Positions 53,886 through 63,489 of a DNA stretch of 64,000 nt are shown in pieces; position 1 is the first letter of the stretch; every line of letters starts with the position of its first letter. The stretch covers positions 83,435-147,434 of the forward strand of contig CAZDCD010000010.1 of NCBI GenBank assembly GCA_964503885.1. The letters run 5' to 3'. Source of the DNA: an uncultured Bacteroidales bacterium. Its GTDB lineage: Bacteria; Bacteroidota; Bacteroidia; Bacteroidales; UBA10428. The notes under the pieces are model-generated. The model saw only the letters and a list, made by a program, of their open reading frames with translations. It was not told the origin of the DNA and searched no databases. Both the position numbers and the translations under genes were made by a program.

Positions 53886-56800
53886 ATGATTAACTATTTC
53901 AGATCGGTATCGGGCACTTATTATGCGGTTAAAACTTCAGCAAATCCACGGACAGAGGATATTGGAAAACTGATCTGGCTGTTCAGCGAGGCCGAATTTT
54001 TAAGACATAAGAAGATACCAGGGTATTTCATAGGACCAAGGAAGGAGATGATCACGCCCTGGAGTACAAATGCCGTGGAGATCACTCAAAATATGGGCAT
54101 TGAAGGCATCCAGCGGATTGAAGAATTTAAAAGGGTGGAAAATGATCGGGCAAAATACGATCCGATGCTGCAGGTGCTTTATGACGGAATCGATCAGGAG
54201 ATTTTTACCGTTCGGCACAGACCCGAACCTGTAATACCGGTCAATGATATTGCAGAATACAACCGGCGTGAGGGTCTTGCCCTGAATCGCGAAGAGATAG
54301 AGTATCTTGAAAACCTCAGCAAAAAACTGGGACGATTGCTGACCGACAGTGAAATATTCGGTTTTTCCCAGGTAAATTCAGAACATTGCAGGCATAAAAT
54401 TTTTAACGGTACATTCATTATCGGCGGGGTCGAAAAAGAGATGTCACTCTTTCAATTAATAAAAAATACGACCCGCCAAAATCCGAACCGGGTGGTCTCG
54501 GCGTATAAAGACAATTGTGCATTTCTGGAAGGACCTGTGGCAGAGCAATTCGCACCGGAAACACAGGATAAGCCCGATTTTTTCAGTCTGAAAAATTTCA
54601 ATTCGGTCATATCCCTCAAAGCAGAAACACATAATTTTCCGACAACAGTTGAACCCTTTAACGGGGCAGCCACGGGAACGGGAGGCGAGATAAGAGACCG
54701 CGTGGGTGGCGGTAAGGGAGCAGTACCCCTGGCCGGAACAGCAGTATATATGACTGCCTATCCACGTCTTGAGGGAGGCAGATCATGGGAAAAAAAAATC
54801 GAACCCAGAAAATGGTTGTACCAGACACCCGAAGAAATCCTGATCAAAGCATCGAACGGGGCCAGCGATTTTGGCAATAAGTTTGGTCAGCCCCTGATAT
54901 GTGGCAGTGTGCTCACCTTCGAACATCATGAGAACAACAAGAAGTTTGGCTTTGATAAGGTGATCATGCTGGCCGGGGGTATCGGTTACGGGAAAGAAAA
55001 GGACAGCATCAAGGACGAACCCGGCAAAGGGGATAAAATAATACTCCTGGGAGGTGATAATTACCGGATCGGTATGGGTGGCGGGGCCGTCTCTTCAGTC
55101 GCTACCGGTGAATACAGCAATACCATTGAACTGAATGCAGTGCAGCGCTCTAATCCCGAAATGCAAAAGCGGGTCGTCAATGCCATCCGTGCAATGGCTG
55201 AATCCGACGACAATCCTCTGATATCGATCCACGATCATGGTGCAGGAGGACATCTGAACTGCCTTTCCGAACTTGTGGAGAAAACAGGCGGCAGGATCGA
55301 TATGGACAAGCTTCCGGTAGGCGATCCGACACTCTCGGCAAAAGAGATCGTGGGAAATGAATCGCAGGAACGGATGGGACTGGTTTTAAAAGACAAGGAT
55401 ACTGCTTTCCTCAAAGCTGTCTCTGACCGGGAACGGGCGCCTATGTATGTGATCGGTGAAACAACAGGCGATCATCAGTTTACATTTGAGAGCAGAAAAA
55501 ACAACAGCAAACCCATCGACCTGCAGCTCGAAGATATGTTTGGTAATCCGCCCAGGACGGTTATGAAAGATGAAAAATTAATCGAAAAATACAGCGGGAT
55601 TACATACGAGAACACGTTAATTACCAACTATATAGAAATGGTGCTTCAGCTTGAGGCTGTGGCATGCAAGGACTGGCTGACCAACAAGGTGGACCGGTCG
55701 GTTACAGGTAAGGTCGCAAAACAACAAACGGCGGGTACCATTCAATTACCGCTGAATAACCTGGCGGTTGCAGCGATCGATTACAGGGGTGAGAAGGGAG
55801 TGGCTACTGCTTTGGGCCATGCCCCGGCAGCCGGACTGATCGATGCCGCAGCCGGATCGGTACTGTCCATTGCCGAAGCCCTTACCAACATCATATGGGC
55901 CCCGCTTGAAGGTGGAATTCAGGGTATCTCCCTGAGTGCAAACTGGATGTGGCCCTGCAGGAATCAGGGTGAGGATGCCCGCCTGTATGAAGCCGTTGAA
56001 GCTGCCGGAAAGTTTGCCATCGACCTGGGAATCAATATTCCTACAGGCAAAGATTCGCTTTCCATGACTCAGAAATATGGTGATTCAGATATTGTATTTG
56101 CTCCGGGAACCGTAATAATTTCGGCTGCTGCCGAAGTAAAAGATATCGGCAATGTGGTTGAACCGGTATTGAGGCCTGATCACGAAAGTACCCTCATTTA
56201 CCTCGATTTGTCTTCGGATGCTTTAAAACTTGGGGGAAGCTGCCTGGGACAGGTGCTGAACAGACTGGGAACAGAAACCCCATCAGTAAGGGACCCGGTG
56301 TACTTTATCCGTGCTTTTGAAGCCGTTCAGCAACTTATTGAAGAAAGGAAAATTATCGCAGGACATGATATTTCGGCAGGCGGTATGATCACTGCCCTGC
56401 TTGAAATGACCTTTGCCAGAGAGGATACGGGTATTGAAGCCGACCTGGGTACAATACCCGAAAAAGATATCGTAAAGATCCTGTTCAGTGAAAACCCGGG
56501 TCTTATCCTTCAGGTGAACGATACCAAAGCCGCTGAAGAAATTTTCAGAAAGAAGAACCTGTTTTACCACATCATCGGAACCCCGGTTTCTTCAAGAAAA
56601 ATTACCATTGTCAAAGGAAAGAATACCCTGGAATTCGATATCGAAAAGCTCCGGGATACATGGTATAAAACTTCATACCTGCTCGACCGGAACCAGTGTG
56701 GTACTGATCTTGCGCTTAAAAGATATACCAACTATAAGGTGCAACCGTTGCATTTCAAGTTCAACGAAAACTTTACAGGCAAAGCGGAAAACCTGGATAT

Positions 56801-57584
56801 TGATATGTACAGGAGAAAACCCACAGGAATACAGGGTGCAATTATCCGTGAGAAAGGTGTGAACGGCGACCGTGAGATGGCTTACCTGATGTACCTGGCA
56901 GGTTTCGATGTGAAGGATGTGCATATGACCGACCTGATTTCGGGCAGGGAAACCCTTGAAGGAATCAACATGATGGTTTTTGTCGGCGGATTCTCCAATT
57001 CCGATGTGCTGGGCAGTGCAAAAGGATGGGCGGGGGCGTTCATTTATAATCCTTCAGCCAAAGAGGCGCTTGACAAATTCTACTCCAGACCTGACACACT
57101 GAGCCTCGGTGTATGCAATGGCTGCCAGCTCATGATCGAACTCGGTCTGGTAACTCCCGGACACGAAGAGAAACCACGCATGCTCTTTAATGACTCACAT
57201 AAGTTCGAATCGGCATTCCTGAATGTACTGATCCGTAAAAACAACTCGGTCATGCTCAGATCGCTTGCCGGATCCAGGCTGGGGATATGGGTGGCTCATG
57301 GTGAAGGGAAATTTCATTTCCCATACGCAGAAAACAGATATTGCATACCCATGAAGTATGCTTACGATGAGTACCCGGGAAACCCCAACGGTTCAGCATT
57401 CTCAGCTGCAGGTCTTTGCTCCGCCGATGGAAGGCACCTTGTTATGATGCCACACCTGGAGAGGTCGATCTTTCCGTGGAACTGGGCCAGCTATCCCGAA
57501 AACAGGAAATCCGATGAGATATCTCCCTGGATCGAGGCATTTGTCAATGCCAGGGAATGGATAAAAGAACAAACCATGAAATAA
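53886..57584 (+). CDS. purL: Phosphoribosylformylglycinamidine synthase, single-chain large form
   Basis: ~1230 aa. SEHCRHKIF, ETHNFPTTVEPFNGAATGTGGEIRD, NESQERM and a C-terminal glutaminase domain (GVCNGCQLM). ATG at 53886 is preferred over the TTG at 53868. Confidence 0.9.
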   Translation: MINYFRSVSGTYYAVKTSANPRTEDIGKLIWLFSEAEFLRHKKIPGYFIGPRKEMITPWSTNAVEITQNMGIEGIQRIEEFKRVENDRAKYDPMLQVLYDGIDQEIFTVRHRPEPVIPVNDIAEYNRREGLALNREEIEYLENLSKKLGRLLTDSEIFGFSQVNSEHCRHKIFNGTFIIGGVEKEMSLFQLIKNTTRQNPNRVVSAYKDNCAFLEGPVAEQFAPETQDKPDFFSLKNFNSVISLKAETHNFPTTVEPFNGAATGTGGEIRDRVGGGKGAVPLAGTAVYMTAYPRLEGGRSWEKKIEPRKWLYQTPEEILIKASNGASDFGNKFGQPLICGSVLTFEHHENNKKFGFDKVIMLAGGIGYGKEKDSIKDEPGKGDKIILLGGDNYRIGMGGGAVSSVATGEYSNTIELNAVQRSNPEMQKRVVNAIRAMAESDDNPLISIHDHGAGGHLNCLSELVEKTGGRIDMDKLPVGDPTLSAKEIVGNESQERMGLVLKDKDTAFLKAVSDRERAPMYVIGETTGDHQFTFESRKNNSKPIDLQLEDMFGNPPRTVMKDEKLIEKYSGITYENTLITNYIEMVLQLEAVACKDWLTNKVDRSVTGKVAKQQTAGTIQLPLNNLAVAAIDYRGEKGVATALGHAPAAGLIDAAAGSVLSIAEALTNIIWAPLEGGIQGISLSANWMWPCRNQGEDARLYEAVEAAGKFAIDLGINIPTGKDSLSMTQKYGDSDIVFAPGTVIISAAAEVKDIGNVVEPVLRPDHESTLIYLDLSSDALKLGGSCLGQVLNRLGTETPSVRDPVYFIRAFEAVQQLIEERKIIAGHDISAGGMITALLEMTFAREDTGIEADLGTIPEKDIVKILFSENPGLILQVNDTKAAEEIFRKKNLFYHIIGTPVSSRKITIVKGKNTLEFDIEKLRDTWYKTSYLLDRNQCGTDLALKRYTNYKVQPLHFKFNENFTGKAENLDIDMYRRKPTGIQGAIIREKGVNGDREMAYLMYLAGFDVKDVHMTDLISGRETLEGINMMVFVGGFSNSDVLGSAKGWAGAFIYNPSAKEALDKFYSRPDTLSLGVCNGCQLMIELGLVTPGHEEKPRMLFNDSHKFESAFLNVLIRKNNSVMLRSLAGSRLGIWVAHGEGKFHFPYAENRYCIPMKYAYDEYPGNPNGSAFSAAGLCSADGRHLVMMPHLERSIFPWNWASYPENRKSDEISPWIEAFVNAREWIKEQTMK

Positions 57585-57629
57585 CGGAACGAAACATAAG
57601 AACAACGATCATTTTTTCAATTTAACACT

Positions 57630-58067
57630 ATGAGCGAGGATATTCAAATCCCGGGAAACTGGAAAGCTGAGCTTATCTATGGCGAAGAATGCGGACAGGA
57701 CCTTATGAATAAAACGAAACTGTTCAGGCTTACCCTGGATGAGTCCGATGGTGATATTACCGGTGAAAGCATCGATACGGAAGGTACCGGCGTGGTACCA
57801 GTGTCGGCATCGGTGTCCGGATTCATTGAAGATGGAATGATAAGCTTCGTAAAACTCTATGAAACATGTTACCTGATCAATGAAAAAGGCGAGGTGAAGG
57901 AATTCCCGGATAAAGATCCTCCGGAAATAAATTTTTCAGGATATTACAATCCCGATGATCAGTCGTTTGAAGGCGACTGGCATATGATCGCCGAAGTCAA
58001 ACAGCTTACATTTGCCTTTGCGGAGAAAGCGTTTTCCGGTACATGGAGAATGGTGAAGGAAAATTAA
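57630..58067 (+). CDS. Hypothetical protein, 145 aa
   Basis: A clean ORF 45 nt after purL with no recognisable motif. Confidence 0.5.
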   Translation: MSEDIQIPGNWKAELIYGEECGQDLMNKTKLFRLTLDESDGDITGESIDTEGTGVVPVSASVSGFIEDGMISFVKLYETCYLINEKGEVKEFPDKDPPEINFSGYYNPDDQSFEGDWHMIAEVKQLTFAFAEKAFSGTWRMVKEN

Positions 58068-58100
58068 CAAATACTCTTTTCTATCGCTTAACCAGCAAAA

Positions 58101-58832
58101 ATGAGCATACAATTTCGGGCTATATTTTTCAGGCTTAGAAAAATTTCGGTAAAAATCCTCTTCACCCTCGGTTTCGTCTTCCTATTTTTGCTTGTCTTCT
58201 CGTTCACTTCCGGACCATTCTGGATGTATTACCGCCTGGGAACTAAGCGTACAGCGTTCACCCATTCTCCCGGATATATCGTATTGCTCGGTGGCGGCGG
58301 CATGCCCAGCGAATCGAACCTGATAAGGGCCTACTATACAGCCAGTCTTGCTCAGCAATATCCCTGTGCAACGATAATTGTCGCTCTTCCGGGTGATACG
58401 GCAGACACGAGCAGCACAACAGTAGAGATGGCCATGGAACTTGAACTCAGGGGAGTATTAAAAAACCGGATCGTTTTTGAACCGGAGGGCGTAAATACCC
58501 GCTCCCAGGCCTTGAATTGCATTAAACTCACAAGCGGGCAAAAGAAAAACGATCAGGTTGTGCTGGTCACCTCACCCGAACATATGCGCAGAAGCCTGCT
58601 GAGCTTCAGAAAAGCAGGATTTGAGCGGGTAGGAGGGTACCCGGCATTCGAACATACTCTGGAATCGGAACTTTCATACAAAAATAAAGATCTCGGAGGA
58701 AGAAAAGGTGTGCCGGTTGTCGATGAAAGCATTACACTGAGGTACCGTTTCTGGATCCATCTGAAATATGAAGTGATCATTATGAGGGAATATGTTGCTC
58801 TTTTCTACTATAAATTAAAGGGTTGGGTGTAA
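58101..58832 (+). CDS. DUF218 (YdcF/ElyC/SanA-family) membrane-anchored protein
   Basis: N-terminal TM ILFTLGFVFLFLLVFSF. YIVLLGGGG, and VLVTSPEHMRRSLLSFRKAGF is the family's signature block. Confidence 0.7.
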   Translation: MSIQFRAIFFRLRKISVKILFTLGFVFLFLLVFSFTSGPFWMYYRLGTKRTAFTHSPGYIVLLGGGGMPSESNLIRAYYTASLAQQYPCATIIVALPGDTADTSSTTVEMAMELELRGVLKNRIVFEPEGVNTRSQALNCIKLTSGQKKNDQVVLVTSPEHMRRSLLSFRKAGFERVGGYPAFEHTLESELSYKNKDLGGRKGVPVVDESITLRYRFWIHLKYEVIIMREYVALFYYKLKGWV

Positions 58833-58863
58833 TCGACAAAAACAATAAACTCCAGGAGTTGAC

Positions 58864-58926
58864 AAGTTTGCCAACTGTACCCTGCCAGCTGCTCTTTGTC
58901 AACCGCCCTTTACCAACTGCCAACTC
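58864..58926. repeat. Degenerate 7-nt-periodic tract (about 8-9 heptads) in a convergent intergenic region
   Basis: CCAACTG TACCCTG CCAGCTG CTCTTTG TCAACCG CCCTTTA CCAACTG CCAACTC (58871-58926), preceded by AAGTTTG. Confidence 0.6.
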
Positions 58927-58993
58927 ATTAATGGCCAAAGGCAGCAACAGAAGAATAAATTAATTATGCATTTTTAGTCAAAAAAAGGTTGTA

Positions 58994-59992
58994 TTAAAAA
59001 TTCTTCACCGGATAATACACCCTCGTCAGCCATTTCGAAGTATCAGGCTCAGCAGAAGGATCAGTCACATATTGCTCCATCGGATCACCGGCCAGCGTAA
59101 AACCCTTTTTCTCAATCCATTCCTGCAGATAACCATGTGCATCGCCGATCTTGTTATAAAAGCCGTAAAAATCGACTTTGGCGACATTGCTGTCCGGAAA
59201 CCGGCCTGACAGGATGTCTTTTCTGGCTTGCAGCAGCTTGCTGCAGGGGATTCCCATCTCGAGGTCGATGATCCCGTCCGATATTTTATGATATACTGCG
59301 TAGGGTGAACCGGTCATTTCAGCTCCCGAAGATCGGATATAGTTCATCAGCCTGTCATAGGAAGCAGCCATCTGAGTTGAGACGTCTTCCCATTTACAGT
59401 TTTTGCGGATGCTGACGTACGGAAATCCTTTCAGTTTCACGATTTCTGCCGAATAAGGGGGCAAATTGGTAGCCACGCTGTCGAGATTTTTCAGTCCTTT
59501 TTCAAAATCCTTTCCGACAATTTTATCCATCATCAGCCCAAAGTATTTAGTAAGTGGGTTAACACCCATATCAGTATTGTACTCTAAAGTGACTTTAGTC
59601 TTATCTCCTGTTCTTTTAAAAGTATACGTGGAGGAGGCAAGGCCATGCTTCATAAAATCCATCTCGGTAATGATGGAATCATATGGGTAGGAATCAATGA
59701 TGGTCAGTTTCCCATTGCCAACACCCCTGTGATTGCTTTCCCATGTATAATATGCACCGGTCCCGGTATTGTTGGTTGAATATTCAATATTCATCAGCGT
59801 ATCGATCCGGTGCCAGGGTGACCATTTTTCCCAGTTCCGGAGGTTGTTGACCTGGTCAAACAGCACCTTTTGCGGGGCGTCAATGACCATCGACCGTTCC
59901 ACATGTATTTTTGAAGGCAGGAATAATCCTACGATGACAACAAGCACAAACAGTGCAAGGATGATGACCAGAATTCTCAGAAATGTTTTCAT
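58994..59992 (-). CDS. Membrane-anchored SRPBCC (START/Bet v1-like) domain protein fused to a GyrI-like effector-binding domain
   Basis: TM ILVIILALFVLVVIVGLFL. The N-terminal half is ...VNNLRNWEKWSPW... (SRPBCC-like). The C-terminal half is ...GSPYAVYHKI...MGIPC...AKVDFYGFY...HGYLQEWIEKKGF (GyrI-like). Confidence 0.55.
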   Translation of the reverse strand: MKTFLRILVIILALFVLVVIVGLFLPSKIHVERSMVIDAPQKVLFDQVNNLRNWEKWSPWHRIDTLMNIEYSTNNTGTGAYYTWESNHRGVGNGKLTIIDSYPYDSIITEMDFMKHGLASSTYTFKRTGDKTKVTLEYNTDMGVNPLTKYFGLMMDKIVGKDFEKGLKNLDSVATNLPPYSAEIVKLKGFPYVSIRKNCKWEDVSTQMAASYDRLMNYIRSSGAEMTGSPYAVYHKISDGIIDLEMGIPCSKLLQARKDILSGRFPDSNVAKVDFYGFYNKIGDAHGYLQEWIEKKGFTLAGDPMEQYVTDPSAEPDTSKWLTRVYYPVKNF

Positions 59993-60474
59993 TGGGTTGT
60001 TGGTTTTTATTTATACTAAATTAAAATAAAGGTAGGAAAAAGTTTTTAAATGTGCCAGAGATATTGGATACCAGATATCGAAGTGTAGCGAAGAGCCTTT
60101 CTTGGCATGCAGCATGCGGGCCATAGTTACAGTATTGGATCAAATATGCAAGAGTAAGGAAGAAAAAGGCAGATAAAAACCTGATGATACATGAAAAAAG
60201 TTATCGACCTACGATAAAAAAATATCGTCATCTAATAATTCAATTATCATGTCACGATAATTATTCAACTGATAATTCTGTTGTTGCAAAGAAATGCAAC
60301 TGCTGTTAAGGTGAAACAATTGTATCATAGCCCGTCACCTGTCACCCATTACCATACTGAAAAAAGATCCCAAGATGGTATTTAACATGCTGCATGCTCA
60401 ATACCCCAAGCCGCATGCCATTTCACCGCATACTGATTACTCCCGGCACGCCACACTCTTCACTCACACTGATT

Positions 60475-63417
60475 TCAGTACCTGGGGTCTTTCCTGAACG
60501 GCAGCCTGGCCATTTTCTCCACCTCGATGCTCGGAAAGCCGAACTCTTCAACCACGGTGCCTAAAATAAGGTATATGCCGTAACCACGGAAGGGGTATTG
60601 CTTCAGCGAATCGGGAAAATTCACGGTATCGAAGAACTCTCCCGAGGTATCGAAAAAACAGCCGAAATGCATCCATTCGCCTTTTACCGTCCTTACATTT
60701 TTAAGCGTGACCAGATCGCCGAGGATGCGTATCTTTTTACCCACGTAGCTGGCAAGGTCCCTGGCCAGCACATTGCCGCGGAACCGGGTCTCGAGCATGT
60801 CGAAATACGAAACCGATACCGGGAAACCCAGGAGCCCGATCTCATCGTAGGCATCTTCGAGCCTGCTCTGTTCAAGCTCAGGCAATGAGAATTCCTTTGG
60901 TTTCTCATAGAAAAGCCGTTTGGTCACCGGTTTCTTGTCGCTTTTGCCCGGCAGCATGTGTGCTTCCCATAAAAGCTGCTTTTTTGTTTTTCCGGTAAAC
61001 CTGAACGCGTCGAGACGGATAAGGACGATGAGCTGCTCGATACCCAAAGGGATGCGTGCAATGAATTCCTCAAGTGAGGTGTAGTTACCGTTTTTCATCC
61101 GCTCTTCGGGAATGGCCTCGGCGATGCGGGTCTCGAGGTTCATGACATGAATAAGGCCCAAGTAAATGTCCTTACCGCTGATGCTTGTCATGTACATGCT
61201 GTGGTTTACGCACGGCAGGCGTATGTTACCTCCCCACCGTTTGGCTTCGTTCACGTATACCCTTGTGCGGTAAAAACCGCCGAAATTGTTGATCACGGCC
61301 ACCATGAATTCAAGCGGGAAATAGGTTTTCAGGTAGAGGCTCTGGTAACTTTCTACGGCATACGAGGCGGAATGGGCCTTGGAAAAGGCATACCCGGCAA
61401 ACGAGGCCACCTGCCGCCACACTTCTGCCGAAAGCTCATGGGTATAGCCCCGTTCACGGCAGTTGTTGAAAAACCTGTTCTGTATCCGCTCGAACTCTTT
61501 TTTCGATCTGAATTTCCCGGCCATGGCCCTGCGAAGGATATCGGCATCCGACAGGTCGAGCCCGGCAAAATGGTGGCATATCTTGATCACGTCTTCCTGG
61601 TATACCATCACCCCGAAAGTCTCCTTAAGCTGTTCCTCCATCACCGGGTGCAGGTACTGAAAATTGCCGTTGCTGTGAAACCGTTTGATGTACTCTTTCA
61701 TCATCCCCGATTTGGCGACGCCGGGACGGATGATGGAGCTGGCTGCCACCAGGCTCAGGTAATTGTCGCATTTCAGCTTTTTAAGCAATCCCCTCATGGC
61801 AGGGCTTTCGATGTAAAAGCATCCGTTGGTCTCGCCGATGTAAAGCATCCTGTTGATCTTTTCATCATGCTTGAACTGCTGCATCTGGTGCACATCCACT
61901 TTCACTCCCCTGTTTTCGCGGATGATCCCCACACTCTCATTGATATGGCCTATACCCCGCTGGCTGAGAATATCGAGCTTTTCATACCCGATCTCCTCGG
62001 CAGTATACATGTCGAACTGTGTGGTGGGAAAGCCTTTGGGTGGCAGGTCGAGCGCAGTGTAGCAGGTCACCGGCTCTTCGGAGATGATGATCCCCCCGGC
62101 ATGTATGCTTCGTAAGTTGGGAAAATCCATGAGCAGGTTGCCGACCTCGAACATGCGGCCGGTGATGCTGTCGCTGTTTACCGGTGCCCCGGGGCTTTCC
62201 ACAAGACTGTCGATCTCTTCCCTGGGAAGGCCGTATACTTTGCCCAGCTCACGGAATATGGCACGGTCCCTGAACGTGGATATGGTGCCGATAAGGGCGG
62301 TATGTTTGGTTCCGTAGCGCCTGAAGATGTACTCCTGTACCTCCTCACGGTCCTTCCACGAGTAGTCGATGTCGAAATCGGGCGGGGAGGTGCGTTTGGG
62401 GTTGATGAAGCGTTCGAAATACAGGTTCAGCTCTATCGGGTCGACATCGGTGATTTTCAGGCAGAAGGCCACAATGCTGTTGGCCCCGCTGCCCCTGCCC
62501 ACATGATAAAAACCGCGGCTCATCGAATAGCGCACGATATCCCATGTGATCAGAAAATATGCCGAAAACCCCAGCCTGTCGATCACTTCGAGCTCATGCC
62601 TGACCCTTCCGAGCGCTTCTTTGTTTTTTTTCCCGTAACGGTACTCAAGCCCGTCATACGCAAGCTTTTCAAGCAGCAGCTTATCGTCGTACCGGCTGCC
62701 GGTAAAAGTCTGCTTGTTTTTTATGGTGCTGTAATCGAACCCGGTCTCGCACTCGCCGGCAAGCTCCACGGCATTGCGAAGGAGCTGCGGGTAATCTTCG
62801 TACATGATGCGCATGAAATCAGGGGGGAGCAGCACCTCTTTCGGCGAGGCCAGCTGCTCCGGAGTGAGCTTCGAAAGCAGTGTATTGTTGTCAATTGCCC
62901 GCAAGTGGCGGTGCAGTGCGTAATCGGTATCTTTGAGGAATGTAACCGGGCTAAAGGCCACAAGCCTGTCCTGCCGGTACCGCAGCCGCGAGGTGACAAG
63001 CTTGTTAAGCTCGCCGGGCTGTACCCCGAAGTACTCGTTTTCCCTGAGCTGCCGGGGAATCTTTGAGGGGAACGGATAGACCAGGTATGCATCGGAAAAG
63101 GCAGGAGGAACAGCGGGCAGGGGAGTCTCCGAAAGGTTATGACGGGTGAGGAATTCGTTGATCTCCCGGAAGCCTTTGTTGTTTGTGGCAATGGCGGTAT
63201 ACAGATGATGGTGTTTGTCATCCCTGAATTCAATGCCGGTAATGGGTTTGATGCCGTTCATCCGGCATTCCTTCACGAATTCTATGGTGCCCATGGTGTT
63301 GTTGATGTCGGTGAGGGCAAGCGCCTCCACGTTGTTTCGGCTGGCTTCACCGACAAGCTTTTCAACTGAAATGGTGCCGTATCGGAGGCTGTAATAGGAG
63401 TGGCAGTTCAGATACAT
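60475..63417 (-). CDS. dnaE: DNA polymerase III alpha-subunit family protein, short (980 aa) DnaE2/ImuC-like form
   Basis: PHP N-terminus MYLNCHSYYSLRYGT, the polymerase core (PDFDIDY, IIRPG, GYAFSKAHSASYA) and an OB-fold tail. It is much shorter than replicative Bacteroidota DnaE and strikingly GC-rich. Confidence 0.8.
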   Translation of the reverse strand: MYLNCHSYYSLRYGTISVEKLVGEASRNNVEALALTDINNTMGTIEFVKECRMNGIKPITGIEFRDDKHHHLYTAIATNNKGFREINEFLTRHNLSETPLPAVPPAFSDAYLVYPFPSKIPRQLRENEYFGVQPGELNKLVTSRLRYRQDRLVAFSPVTFLKDTDYALHRHLRAIDNNTLLSKLTPEQLASPKEVLLPPDFMRIMYEDYPQLLRNAVELAGECETGFDYSTIKNKQTFTGSRYDDKLLLEKLAYDGLEYRYGKKNKEALGRVRHELEVIDRLGFSAYFLITWDIVRYSMSRGFYHVGRGSGANSIVAFCLKITDVDPIELNLYFERFINPKRTSPPDFDIDYSWKDREEVQEYIFRRYGTKHTALIGTISTFRDRAIFRELGKVYGLPREEIDSLVESPGAPVNSDSITGRMFEVGNLLMDFPNLRSIHAGGIIISEEPVTCYTALDLPPKGFPTTQFDMYTAEEIGYEKLDILSQRGIGHINESVGIIRENRGVKVDVHQMQQFKHDEKINRMLYIGETNGCFYIESPAMRGLLKKLKCDNYLSLVAASSIIRPGVAKSGMMKEYIKRFHSNGNFQYLHPVMEEQLKETFGVMVYQEDVIKICHHFAGLDLSDADILRRAMAGKFRSKKEFERIQNRFFNNCRERGYTHELSAEVWRQVASFAGYAFSKAHSASYAVESYQSLYLKTYFPLEFMVAVINNFGGFYRTRVYVNEAKRWGGNIRLPCVNHSMYMTSISGKDIYLGLIHVMNLETRIAEAIPEERMKNGNYTSLEEFIARIPLGIEQLIVLIRLDAFRFTGKTKKQLLWEAHMLPGKSDKKPVTKRLFYEKPKEFSLPELEQSRLEDAYDEIGLLGFPVSVSYFDMLETRFRGNVLARDLASYVGKKIRILGDLVTLKNVRTVKGEWMHFGCFFDTSGEFFDTVNFPDSLKQYPFRGYGIYLILGTVVEEFGFPSIEVEKMARLPFRKDPRY

Positions 63418-63489
63418 TAATGATTATATTATAATCAAATTTAAAGATTAAAATATAATCAAATAAATTTTGAAAAGCAAGATTTAAGT

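Noticed and set aside
61147-63233. Long ORFs antisense to the polymerase gene (322, 254 and 170 aa)
   Set aside because: They are shadow ORFs produced by the high GC content of the dnaE-like gene. They have low-complexity Arg/Pro/Gly-rich products and no motifs.
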